A DNA stretch of 64,000 nt from a virus (Duplodnaviria; Caudoviricetes). The notes beneath the pieces were generated by a model. The model was not told where the DNA came from. It saw only the letters and a list, made by a program, of their open reading frames with translations, and searched no databases. The translations under genes were made by a program, and so were the position numbers. The stretch is taken from the IMG/VR virus record IMGVR_UViG_3300031963_009887, positions 1 through 64,000 of that record. One strand, 5' to 3'. This document shows positions 42,267 through 51,077 of the stretch, piece by piece. Every line of letters begins with the position of its first letter. Position 1 is the first letter of the stretch.

Positions 42267-42294
42267 AAAAGAGGACCCAAAAGGTCCTCTTTTT
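42267..42294 (+). terminator. Intrinsic terminator
   Basis: aaaagaggacc-caaaa-ggtcctctttt(t): a perfect 11-bp stem ending in a T tract. Confidence 0.85.
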
Positions 42295-42316
42295 AATTTA
42301 TGAGTATTTATAACTA

Positions 42317-42841
42317 ATGAAACTACTTGGGATTCTTAACATATTGGTTGAAGAACAAATTGATAATCCAATTGTTGATGTTACCTTAAATGATTATAAA
42401 ATAAGGTTTATATTAAGTACTCATGCTCAAGAAAGAATGACAAGAAAAGAAAATGATTCAGATATAACAATTGATGAAATCAAGTCGGCAATTAAAGACG
42501 CAATCCCAAAGATTACAAACAAAGCGTTTATTGTACAAAAAAGGGCAATACAAGGTCCAGTAATCGACGGAACCTTATTAAAAAAAGATTTTAGCTCAGG
42601 TCAAACTAGAAAAGAAAATTCACAAGAATTTTTTATTGTAAAAACAGATTCAGGATTACAAATTAGCTGTAAGGTGTTAAACTTTAATAAAAACAGAGGT
42701 GAAATTGAAATTATAATTAAAACATTAATGAAGAGTAACACAAATAAGTTAAACATTGATAACCCCCGTAGAAACACTTTACACTTGAATATTATTGAAA
42801 ATATGGATGAGTTTGACAACTACTTCACAATCACAGTTTAA
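42317..42841 (+). CDS. Hypothetical protein with a DUF4258/BrnT-like 'HA.ERM' motif
   Basis: LSTHAQERMTRK...ITIDEIKSAI; N-terminal MKLLGILNILVEE. Confidence 0.5.
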   Translation: MKLLGILNILVEEQIDNPIVDVTLNDYKIRFILSTHAQERMTRKENDSDITIDEIKSAIKDAIPKITNKAFIVQKRAIQGPVIDGTLLKKDFSSGQTRKENSQEFFIVKTDSGLQISCKVLNFNKNRGEIEIIIKTLMKSNTNKLNIDNPRRNTLHLNIIENMDEFDNYFTITV

Positions 42842-42887
42842 TATTTTCTTTACTTAAAGAAAAGTATCGGTAAATTACTGATAATAT

Positions 42888-43493
42888 ATGGCAAAAAAAC
42901 AAGATTTAAAAAATTCACCTAAAGTTTTGGGTTTGGACATTAGTACCAAAACAATTGGTTGGGCTTTGTTTGATATTCAATCTGAGAAGTTATTAGAATT
43001 AACTCACTTCTCACCTGTGATTAAACCACAACCTGAAGAAAAAATTGAGGAGTTAATTCTAAAGGTAAATTCTTTTATTAAAAAGATTGAGGATTATAAA
43101 AATCTTGGTATTACCAAAGTCGTTATTGAGGAACCATTATTAGGTTCAAATAACATTCACACAGTTGGAACATTAATGAGATATAATGCAATGATTACAA
43201 AAGCAATCTATGATGCATTAGGAATCGTGCCAAACTATATTTCAACTTACAACTCAAGAAAATTTGCTTGGCAAAATTTGATGGGTAAAAATGATAAAAA
43301 TCGTGAAGTCTTGTTTGGTGGTTATCCAAAAGACGTAGACAAAAAACAAGTGATTTGGGATATGGTGGCAAAAGAAGAACCACAGATTACTTGGTTATAT
43401 ACAAAGAACATGACTCTTAAAAAAGAGTGTTACGACCAAGCGGATGCATATACCTGTGTCAGAGGGTATATGAAAATGAATAAGTTTTGGTAA
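42888..43493 (+). CDS. RuvC-like Holliday junction resolvase
   Basis: VLGLDISTKTIGWA, VVIEEP and DQADAY (RNase H-fold catalytic D/E/D). Confidence 0.8.
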   Translation: MAKKQDLKNSPKVLGLDISTKTIGWALFDIQSEKLLELTHFSPVIKPQPEEKIEELILKVNSFIKKIEDYKNLGITKVVIEEPLLGSNNIHTVGTLMRYNAMITKAIYDALGIVPNYISTYNSRKFAWQNLMGKNDKNREVLFGGYPKDVDKKQVIWDMVAKEEPQITWLYTKNMTLKKECYDQADAYTCVRGYMKMNKFW

Positions 43494-43524
43494 TTTGATT
43501 CTTACTAATTTTTTATTATCTTTC
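43494..43524 (+). promoter_or_regulatory. Near-consensus Bacteroidota promoter (TTTG-N19-TATCTTTC)
   Basis: One mismatch to the -7 element; ends 4 nt before the primase ATG. Confidence 0.55.
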
Positions 43525-43528
43525 TAAT

Positions 43529-44452
43529 ATGGAAGATAATGCTCTATTAGTTGAGTTACTTGACGGTGTGTTTGGTAAACACAAACTACACTACCCGTCT
43601 AAAGGACAGATAAGTTATGACTGTCCTATTTGTTCCTATGATTTAAAAGCATTAGACAAAGGTGATGGAAAGGGAAACCTTGAAATCAACTACGCTCAAC
43701 ACGTATTCAAATGTTGGGTGTGTGGTGAAACTCATAATACCAAAGGACACTTAGGTTATTTGATTGACCGATTTGGTAAGAAAAAAGATAAGGAAATGTA
43801 TGACCTTATTCGTCCTGATGAGTTTAAACCAATTGATAAGAGATACGAAAAACTTAGACTACCAAAAGAATATCAACTTTGTACAGAAGGTAACCAATAT
43901 CACATTCCTTTTAGGGAAATGAGGAACTACATTAAACGAAGGGGTATAACCGATGAGATGGTCTTAAAACACCGAATTGGGTATTGTACGGAAGGTGAAT
44001 ACGCTTACAGAATCATTGTACCATCATTTGACTTGGAAGGTGAGTTAAATTATTTTGTTGGTCGTTCATGGAACCCAAACAGTAAGTCAAAATACAAGAA
44101 TCCTGAAGCTGAAAAACAAATTATCATATTCAATGAAAATCTAATTGATTGGGATAAAGACATATACCTTTGTGAAGGTCCGTTTGATGCATTGTTCTTA
44201 GATAACTCAATTCCTTTGTTAGGTAAGAAAATGTCAGATTTATTATTTGAAACCTTATATGAAAAGGCAAAAGGTAAAATTACTATTGTATTAGATGGTG
44301 ACGCATGGGAAGACGCTAAAAGATTATATTTTAGATTGAGTGGTGGTAAGTTATATGGTAAAATAAAAGTGGTTAAACTCCCGATTGAAAGTGATATTGC
44401 TGACATGAGAGGTGTGATACCTGAAGATAGTTATATTGAATTAGAAAGATAA
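43529..44452 (+). CDS. DNA primase (Zn finger + TOPRIM)
   Basis: CPIC...CWVC Zn finger; YLCEGPFDAL and VLDGDA. Confidence 0.9.
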   Translation: MEDNALLVELLDGVFGKHKLHYPSKGQISYDCPICSYDLKALDKGDGKGNLEINYAQHVFKCWVCGETHNTKGHLGYLIDRFGKKKDKEMYDLIRPDEFKPIDKRYEKLRLPKEYQLCTEGNQYHIPFREMRNYIKRRGITDEMVLKHRIGYCTEGEYAYRIIVPSFDLEGELNYFVGRSWNPNSKSKYKNPEAEKQIIIFNENLIDWDKDIYLCEGPFDALFLDNSIPLLGKKMSDLLFETLYEKAKGKITIVLDGDAWEDAKRLYFRLSGGKLYGKIKVVKLPIESDIADMRGVIPEDSYIELER

Positions 44453-45237
44453 TGGATACAATTTTAGAATTAGCAAAATTTAATGATGTAAAATATTTTG
44501 ATGGTCCACACAAATATTATGTGGGTAATAAAGAATATGTTTCAGCAACAACTTTTATCAAGAAGTTTAAAAAAGAATTTGAAACCCAAAGGTTAGCTGA
44601 AACCTATGCCGCAAAAAGAGGATTAACTGTTGAGAGTGTATTAGGTGATTGGGATTTAAAGAGAGACATTTCAACAGTCAAAGGAACATTAGTTCACAAC
44701 ATGGCTGAAAACTGGTGGAACAACAAATCATTTCCGTATGACCCGTCAGATGCTGTTAAAACTTTTGGACATGATATTATTGAAGAAAGATATAAAAAAT
44801 GTGAAACAATGTTTCACCAATTTTATCAAGACGCAAAGAAAAACTTGATTCCTGTTAAAATGGAATTGGTAGTTTGTGACCACGATTATGAAATTGCAGG
44901 AATGGTAGACTGTTTATTTTACAATATGAAATCACAAATGCTCGAAATATGGGATTACAAGACCAACAAAGAAATTAAAATGAGTAATTCATATGGTAAC
45001 AAATATCTAAAACCAATATCACATTTAGATGAATGTGAAATGAATACATACTCACTTCAATTAGGGTTATATAAACATATTATTGAAAAGAATACCAATC
45101 TTAAGATAGGGGATAGCTATTTGATATGGATAAATGAAAACAGTGATAATTATAAGGTATACAAATGTAAGGACTTACAGGCGGAACTTAAACTTATGAT
45201 TGAACACTATGAAAATACAAAGAACAAGAAAGGGTAA
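44452..45237 (+). CDS. PD-(D/E)XK exonuclease
   Basis: GTLVHN, GMVD, IWDYKTN and YSLQL. Confidence 0.85.
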   Translation: MDTILELAKFNDVKYFDGPHKYYVGNKEYVSATTFIKKFKKEFETQRLAETYAAKRGLTVESVLGDWDLKRDISTVKGTLVHNMAENWWNNKSFPYDPSDAVKTFGHDIIEERYKKCETMFHQFYQDAKKNLIPVKMELVVCDHDYEIAGMVDCLFYNMKSQMLEIWDYKTNKEIKMSNSYGNKYLKPISHLDECEMNTYSLQLGLYKHIIEKNTNLKIGDSYLIWINENSDNYKVYKCKDLQAELKLMIEHYENTKNKKG

Positions 45238-45319
45238 GTACAGACAAGAAAGAAAGTTTTGGGAAAAACTTTCAAAAAAGTTTAGTAACAACCCTCACGT
45301 AAAAATACCAAATGATTAA
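45209..45319 (+). CDS. Possible 36-aa basic peptide (MKIQRTRKGKYRQERKFWEKL...)
   Basis: Hand-translated; fills the gap after the exonuclease and overlaps it by 29 nt; no homology recognised. Confidence 0.3.
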   Translation: MKIQRTRKGKYRQERKFWEKLSKKFSNNPHVKIPND

Positions 45320-45356
45320 GTTGGTTTTTTAATTTTAATTTACTATATTTTCATTT

Positions 45357-45578
45357 ATGGATATGGATACACCAAAAATGAATATTGACCTCAGAGAACA
45401 ACCATCGGTTGTTTGTGAGGCTTGTGGACATGATATGTTCCGAGAAGTTACTTATATCAAAAAAGTTTCAAAACTATTAACTGGTTCACACGAGGATACT
45501 ATTGTACCATTTCCAACTTATTGTTGTGATAAGTGTTCACATGTGAATCAAGACTTTAAATTATTTGATAATGATTAA
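45357..45578 (+). CDS. Small Zn-ribbon protein
   Basis: CEAC...CDKC. Confidence 0.7.
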   Translation: MDMDTPKMNIDLREQPSVVCEACGHDMFREVTYIKKVSKLLTGSHEDTIVPFPTYCCDKCSHVNQDFKLFDND

Positions 45579-46353
45579 AAAACTCGTACACTTTTCAGAT
45601 TTACACGTAAGGATGTTTAAAGACCATGATTTGTATCGTGGTATTTTAAATACAATGTTTGAACAATGGAGAGAAATTGCACCTGACCGTATTGTATTTA
45701 CGGGAGATTTAGTCCATTCAAAGAATCAAATGACACCAGAACTAATTGAGTTTGTTGCTTGGACACTGACCGAATGTTCTAAGATTGCCAAAACAGTATT
45801 AATTATTGGAAACCATGATTTCCTTGAAAACAACTCATCAAGGTTGGATGCTCTATCACCAATTATTGATTCACTACAAAATGAACAAATAAATTATTAT
45901 AAAAATAGAGGAGTTTATAAAGATGAAAATATTGATTGGGTGGTTTACTCACTTATGGACCACAACATTACACCCGACATTGACCCGAATTCGCAAAATG
46001 TTAAGATTGGATTATTTCATGGACCGATTGTCGGTCTTACTACAGATGTTGGTTATAAATTTGAAGAAGGGTTCGATACACATCGTTTTATGGGTTGTAG
46101 CCTTGTGCTTTGTGGTGATATCCATAAGCGCCAAGTCTTTGATATTCCCGGCCAAAAGAAAGCTTATATGGTTGGGTCAACGATTCAACAAAATTTTGGT
46201 GAAACAGTAAAGTCACATGGATACGGTATTTATGATGTTGAAAATGATAAATACGAATTTGTGGATTTAGAAAACCCAAAACCTTTCTTGGTATTCAAAA
46301 TGGATGATTATTCTATTATTGAATCAGGGACTGAAAAACTTCACAACTATTAA
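45571..46353 (+). CDS. sbcD: Mre11/SbcD/gp47-like metallophosphoesterase nuclease
   Basis: SDLH, TGDLVH, GNHD, FHG and GDIH. Confidence 0.85.
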   Translation: MIKKLVHFSDLHVRMFKDHDLYRGILNTMFEQWREIAPDRIVFTGDLVHSKNQMTPELIEFVAWTLTECSKIAKTVLIIGNHDFLENNSSRLDALSPIIDSLQNEQINYYKNRGVYKDENIDWVVYSLMDHNITPDIDPNSQNVKIGLFHGPIVGLTTDVGYKFEEGFDTHRFMGCSLVLCGDIHKRQVFDIPGQKKAYMVGSTIQQNFGETVKSHGYGIYDVENDKYEFVDLENPKPFLVFKMDDYSIIESGTEKLHNY

Positions 46354-46354
46354 T

Positions 46355-47011
46355 ATGGAACACAAAATAACTCTATCTTATTCTGAACAACAGGAGGTTG
46401 AGTTATTTTGCAAACTTAATAACATCACAATTGATGAGTTGATTAAGAAATCATTCAAGACCGGATATAACATTGAAAAGTACGGACTTGTGGGAAATAT
46501 GGGTGGGATTCAAGAAAAATGGGTGGAAAAGGAGGTAATCCGTGAAAAACGGGTGGAAATTCCTGTTGAAGTGATTAAAGAGGTTGAAAAAATTGTTGAA
46601 GTTATTAAAGAAGTACCTGTTGACCGAGTGGTTATCAAAGAGGTTCCTGTAGAGACCGTTGTAACAAAAATAGAATATATTAGTGACAAAACAAGTGAGA
46701 ATGAACTGTTGTTAAAAATACAACAGTTAGAATCTGAAAAAAAAATATTTTCCACTAAAATAGAAGAATTAGAGTCAGAACTAGTAGTATTTTCCACTAA
46801 GATGACAGAAATGGAAAATATTTTCCACGATAACAACAATTCACAACAATTGCAAAATACAATTCAATCTTTAATGAAGAACCTTAGAGATAAGAATATT
46901 GAGATTGATGAGTTGAACAAAAAATTAACAGAACAACAAAAAAATAATGAAATAAACGAGAGGGCAAAGTATTTACGTTCCTCAAATTTAGATGATACTT
47001 TATACAAATAA
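46355..47011 (+). CDS. Coiled-coil protein with VEVIKEVPV repeats
   Basis: Start moved to ATG 46355; EIPVEVIKEVEKIVEVIKEVPVDRVVIKEVPVE followed by heptad-rich sequence. Confidence 0.7.
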   Translation: MEHKITLSYSEQQEVELFCKLNNITIDELIKKSFKTGYNIEKYGLVGNMGGIQEKWVEKEVIREKRVEIPVEVIKEVEKIVEVIKEVPVDRVVIKEVPVETVVTKIEYISDKTSENELLLKIQQLESEKKIFSTKIEELESELVVFSTKMTEMENIFHDNNNSQQLQNTIQSLMKNLRDKNIEIDELNKKLTEQQKNNEINERAKYLRSSNLDDTLYK

Positions 47012-47019
47012 TTTAAAAT

Positions 47020-47352
47020 ATGTGGTTAACAATTTGGATTTTAATGGCTTATGGAATGAGTCAAATTTTAGTTTACGGTTCAATATTTGAATCCTTAAGA
47101 GCTGGTCTTTATAAATGGGGAGCAGATGAATATGCACCATTTCAATCATTAGGTGAATTTTTATCAGGATTACTGAAATGTATGATGTGTACATCAACAT
47201 GGGTTGGATTTTTTATGAGTTTGGTGTTGTTTTCACCGACCAAGTATTGTTTTGATACAAACATAATTGCAAGTACATTTTTTGATGGTATGTTAGCATC
47301 TGGTTCAGTTTGGGCGGTCAACGCAATCATTGAATGGTTCGAAAAAAAATAA
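47020..47352 (+). CDS. Membrane protein, DUF1360-like
   Basis: Hydrophobic segments and CMMCTSTW. Confidence 0.6.
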   Translation: MWLTIWILMAYGMSQILVYGSIFESLRAGLYKWGADEYAPFQSLGEFLSGLLKCMMCTSTWVGFFMSLVLFSPTKYCFDTNIIASTFFDGMLASGSVWAVNAIIEWFEKK

Positions 47353-47374
47353 CCTAATTTAAATCTAAAATACG

Positions 47375-47412
47375 GTCCTTGTAAGCGAAAGTTTACAGGG
47401 ACTTCTTTTTTT
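47375..47412 (+). terminator. Intrinsic terminator with GAAA tetraloop
   Basis: gtccttgtaagc-gaaa-gtttacagggac followed by ttcttttttt. Confidence 0.85.
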
Positions 47413-47459
47413 AATCATTTATTTTTCTTATACTTAAACAACATTAATATTTTTCACAG

Positions 47460-47666
47460 ATGCCAAAATCAAGAAATAGAAAAGACCACAAAAAGAAAGT
47501 GCAACAACGAAACACTCAGATTGACCAATTGGGTAAGATGTATCAAAAAATGTATAATCAGAAAATGGTTGAACATTTGAAAGCATTACATGAGGAACAC
47601 ATAAAAAATTCAGGAACCACAGAAAATGATGGACCTATTCAACCCACCGATAGTACCGAACTTTAA
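47460..47666 (+). CDS. Small basic hypothetical protein
   Basis: 68-aa ORF beginning MPKSRNRKDHKKK. Confidence 0.6.
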   Translation: MPKSRNRKDHKKKVQQRNTQIDQLGKMYQKMYNQKMVEHLKALHEEHIKNSGTTENDGPIQPTDSTEL

Positions 47667-49995
47667 ATTTATGACACACAAATTAGATGTAAGTAAACTT
47701 GAAAATCCATATGTCCAAGTGGTGTGGGAGGATACTGCTGAAAATTTCACACAAGAAAGAATCAAAAGTGTTAGAACATACTTCTCAAAGAAATATAACT
47801 CAACAAACATAAACGTATTAACCAAAGTTAAAACATCTAGTGATGTAAAACAAACTGTGGACGTTTCGTTCAATATAATGGACCGAAACTACCAGATTGA
47901 ATTGATGAAAGAACTTCTTAAACAGAAGGGACAAGATAACATATTTGATGATGTTATTAAGTTGGATACTGCGGTTGAAAATAAAATGACATCACAAGAG
48001 GTTACCGCATTTAAAAAGTGGTACATTAAGAAAATTGAGTTTTCAAACTTCTTGTCTTATGGTGAAAATCAGGTGCTAGATTTTGACCAATGTAATGGTA
48101 TCACAGTTGTTGAGTCAGACCCACCAAACTTTGGTGGAAAGACGGTCTTAACTGTCGACTTGTTACTTTTCTTATTCTTTAACACCACAACCAAGACAAC
48201 CAAAGCCGAAGAAATTTTCAACAGATTTTCTGATAAGAACAAAGTATCAGTTAGGGGTGACATTATGATTGATGGTGAAGAATACATTATTGTTCGTCAA
48301 ATTGAAAGAAAAAAAGCCAAATCAGGTGAATGGAATGTAAAAACTGAATTGGACTTCTTTAAAAAACTTGCTGATGGACAATTACAAAATTTCACAGGTG
48401 AACAAAGAAGGGAGACCGAAAGTTTCATCAAGAATTCAATTGGGGATATTGATGACTTCTTAATGACAATCTTGACCACAGCGTCAAATTTGGAAGACTT
48501 ATTGGAAGCCAAACCAACCGCTCGTGGTCAGGTCTTATCAAGATTTTTGGGTCTTGAATTCTTGAAGAAAAAAGAAGAGACTGGTAAGGAACTCTACTCT
48601 GAATTTAACAAATCAATGATGTCGAATGTCTATAATACCGAGACATTAAAATCTGATATTATAGATTTAGAAGGTAAAATTGTAAGCTATGAAAATGAAA
48701 ACAAAGATTTAGATGTCAAGATTTTAGATGCAGATACAAGGTTAACAAAAGGTAGGGATTACAAAGAAGGGTTGATTTCACAAAAATACAATGATATCGA
48801 CCACGAATTGTTAGTTCTTAATTTGTCAACACTTGAATCCGAGATTACAACTCTCAAAGGAAAGATTAATACAACCAAATTACAAATCAAAGAAGTTGAT
48901 GTGGTTGAACCATCAAAGTACTTTAAAGAGGATGAGTATGATTTAATTAAAGAATCTTACAATGACAATTACAAACAAAAAACACTTGTTGATGTAAAGA
49001 TTAACGAATTGGTCCAATTGTCCAAGACAGTGTCAGGTGGAATCAAATGTGAACACTGTGGAATTGATTTAATGAACGCAGCTTTAACACAAGCTAAACT
49101 TTCAGAAATAGACTCCCTGAAGGAACAAAGTGAAAACCTAAATTGTGTTTTAATAGAACTTAATACAAAAGAAAAAGAATATGTACAAATTAAGAAAGAA
49201 TTCGAACAATACGAGAAGAGCAAACTCATCAAAGAAAAGTATGAACTTACTCTTGAGGCAGACGGTCTCAAGCTCGCCAATGCTGAGGGGAAACTTGAAA
49301 GATATCACCAAGTTCAAACAAAGATTGAAAAGAACAAGAGCATTGAAGAACAAATCATTAAAGCTAATCTTCGCATAGAAGAAATTGAACGTGAAAAAAC
49401 ATCTCACACATCTAAAATATCTTCCAACAAAACGATGATTCAGAATTGTGAACGTGATATCAAAAACAAACAAGGTATCATAACACAAATTGCATCCGAG
49501 TTCGAAAAAGAAAAGATTTATAAAACCTACTTGGAAATCTTTGGTAAGAACGGTATTTCAAAAATGATTATGAAAACCATGACACCATTGATTAACGATG
49601 AGTTACAAAGATTGTTACAAGATAGTGCGTTCTTTAAACTTGAAGTTAGAATTAATGACAAGAATGAAGTTGAATTTGTGATGGTTGACAATGGAACAGG
49701 TGTTGAAAAACTAATGGCAAGTGGTTCAGGTTTTGAAAGAACAATTGCATCATTGGCACTTAGAGCGGTATTGAGTAAAGTATGTTCATTACCTAAACCA
49801 AACATAGTTGTATTTGACGAGGTGTTTGGTAAGGTATCAAACGAAAACCTTGACATGGTAGGGGAATTTTTTACTAAGATTAAGGATTACTTTGAAAAAG
49901 TGTTTGTAATTACCCACAACCCATTGGTATCAAATTGGTCGGACAACGTAGTTAAGATTAAAAAAGAAGATAATATTTCAAAGGTAATACAGTAA
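47626..49995 (+). CDS. sbcC: Rad50/SbcC/gp46-like SMC ATPase
   Basis: IEFSNFLSYG, Walker A NFGGKT, CEHC Zn hook, variant signature GSGFE, Walker B VFDEVFG and ITHN. Confidence 0.9.
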   Translation: MMDLFNPPIVPNFKFMTHKLDVSKLENPYVQVVWEDTAENFTQERIKSVRTYFSKKYNSTNINVLTKVKTSSDVKQTVDVSFNIMDRNYQIELMKELLKQKGQDNIFDDVIKLDTAVENKMTSQEVTAFKKWYIKKIEFSNFLSYGENQVLDFDQCNGITVVESDPPNFGGKTVLTVDLLLFLFFNTTTKTTKAEEIFNRFSDKNKVSVRGDIMIDGEEYIIVRQIERKKAKSGEWNVKTELDFFKKLADGQLQNFTGEQRRETESFIKNSIGDIDDFLMTILTTASNLEDLLEAKPTARGQVLSRFLGLEFLKKKEETGKELYSEFNKSMMSNVYNTETLKSDIIDLEGKIVSYENENKDLDVKILDADTRLTKGRDYKEGLISQKYNDIDHELLVLNLSTLESEITTLKGKINTTKLQIKEVDVVEPSKYFKEDEYDLIKESYNDNYKQKTLVDVKINELVQLSKTVSGGIKCEHCGIDLMNAALTQAKLSEIDSLKEQSENLNCVLIELNTKEKEYVQIKKEFEQYEKSKLIKEKYELTLEADGLKLANAEGKLERYHQVQTKIEKNKSIEEQIIKANLRIEEIEREKTSHTSKISSNKTMIQNCERDIKNKQGIITQIASEFEKEKIYKTYLEIFGKNGISKMIMKTMTPLINDELQRLLQDSAFFKLEVRINDKNEVEFVMVDNGTGVEKLMASGSGFERTIASLALRAVLSKVCSLPKPNIVVFDEVFGKVSNENLDMVGEFFTKIKDYFEKVFVITHNPLVSNWSDNVVKIKKEDNISKVIQ

Positions 49996-49999
49996 TTAG

Positions 50000-50031
50000 T
50001 TTGGTTAATTGCGTATTTAGTAGTATCTTTG
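50000..50031 (+). promoter_or_regulatory. Bacteroidota primary-sigma promoter (TTTG-N20-TATCTTTG)
   Basis: Exact consensus match, 7 nt before ATG 50039. Confidence 0.8.
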
Positions 50032-50038
50032 TATTGTT

Positions 50039-50170
50039 ATGGAAAAGAAAGATTGGAAACAGGGTTTATCAGACGGACACATCGCACAAATTGTTCGTAG
50101 AAAAAATGTTGTGAGGGTTGTAAAATCCAAAAAAGTATATTCAAGAAAACAAAAAACCTCCTATGATTAA
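50039..50170 (+). CDS. 43-aa basic protein, ArfA-like (alternative ribosome rescue factor-like)
   Basis: Hand-translated MEKKDWKQGLSDGHIAQIVRRKNVVRVVKSKKVYSRKQKTSYD; RVVKSKKVYSRK resembles the ArfA R..K.KK..Y.RK core; own promoter and terminator. Confidence 0.55.
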   Translation: MEKKDWKQGLSDGHIAQIVRRKNVVRVVKSKKVYSRKQKTSYD

Positions 50171-50184
50171 TAGGAGGTCTTTTT
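50151..50184. terminator. Bidirectional intrinsic terminator
   Basis: acctcctat-gatta-ataggaggt with an A tract before and a T tract after; lies between convergent genes. Confidence 0.85.
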
Positions 50185-50221
50185 ATTTCTTGGTAATCGG
50201 AGGATTTAGTCCTCAATAATT

Positions 50222-50506
50222 TTAATCAATTTTATTCATCATAAAATCAAATACTTGGTCTATATTTGTTTTCGCTTCGGAAATGTGGTCATCAGCCCAA
50301 TCATGTCCGTCTTGTATAATAGAGTCAACCATTTGTGGGTCTAATTCTAATAACAATCCTAATTGTCTATGCATCTGTTCAATGTTACCAAAAAACATAT
50401 AGTTAGAAACATTCATATCGTTTCCTTCCTTAATATTTTTTTTGGTTTTATTAAGTTTTTTAGCTATATTTGCTAATTGATTTTCAGTAATAATAATCTG
50501 TTTCAT
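50222..50506 (-). CDS. Hypothetical protein (MKQIIITENQL...), probable head-associated
   Basis: Start moved to ATG 50506 with TATTTATA 4 nt upstream; contains YMFFGNIEQM...GHDWADDHI. Confidence 0.65.
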   Translation of the reverse strand: MKQIIITENQLANIAKKLNKTKKNIKEGNDMNVSNYMFFGNIEQMHRQLGLLLELDPQMVDSIIQDGHDWADDHISEAKTNIDQVFDFMMNKID

Positions 50507-50519
50507 AAAATATAAATAT

Positions 50520-51077
50520 ATGTCAAATAAAAAAAGAGAAGTTGTAGGTACAAAGTATTTCCTGTTGTTGTTCGGTGATTTTAAAAACAATAACTTTCTA
50601 TTAGAACAAATTTTAGGACAATTTGAACCTGTTTTATGTTCAAATTTTATGAAGTTTCATTTTACAGATGAATATGTGATTTCACATTTCGAAACAGAAG
50701 AGACACCAAAGGATATCAAAGAGTTCTGTAAAATTGTGTTAGAAGATATAATTGACAATTATATTTTATTACCACACAATAAAAATATATTAGTATCGTT
50801 ACCTAAAGACATTGAAGATGACTTAATGGATTTAGATAATGAAAACACGCTAAAAACTGACAAATTGTCCGAAAATACTGACATAAAACACATATCTGAA
50901 GTCATGGAACATGTTTTGACCAACTTGTTTGGTTCCAAAAATGAACCTGATGATATATATGAACAGGCAAACGTGCCAACATTAGACGAACTATTAGACA
51001 AAATAAAAACAGTCGGAATCGACAAACTAACAAACCAAGAAAAAGAACTACTTTATGACTACTCCAGAGCTATCTAA
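50520..51077 (+). CDS. Hypothetical protein with a C-terminal DUF6576-like motif
   Basis: LDELLDKIKTVGIDKLTNQEKELL resembles the C-terminal motif of Bacteroidota rhomboid-associated DUF6576. Confidence 0.6.
   Translation: MSNKKREVVGTKYFLLLFGDFKNNNFLLEQILGQFEPVLCSNFMKFHFTDEYVISHFETEETPKDIKEFCKIVLEDIIDNYILLPHNKNILVSLPKDIEDDLMDLDNENTLKTDKLSENTDIKHISEVMEHVLTNLFGSKNEPDDIYEQANVPTLDELLDKIKTVGIDKLTNQEKELLYDYSRAI

Noticed and set aside
42844-42863. 8-bp AT-only hairpin (ttttcttt-actt-aaagaaaa)
   Set aside because: Too weak and too likely by chance in AT-rich DNA to call as a terminator or operator.
44452-45237. Cas4/CRISPR-associated nuclease
   Set aside because: A PD-(D/E)XK nuclease in a primase/SbcCD neighbourhood with no cas genes or array, and no four-Cys Fe-S motif recognised.
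50156-50178. Stop codon inside a hairpin as ArfA-style non-stop mRNA regulation
   Set aside because: The hairpin is adequately explained as a bidirectional terminator, the T tract lies after the stop, and the LRR gene has the same stop-in-stem layout.
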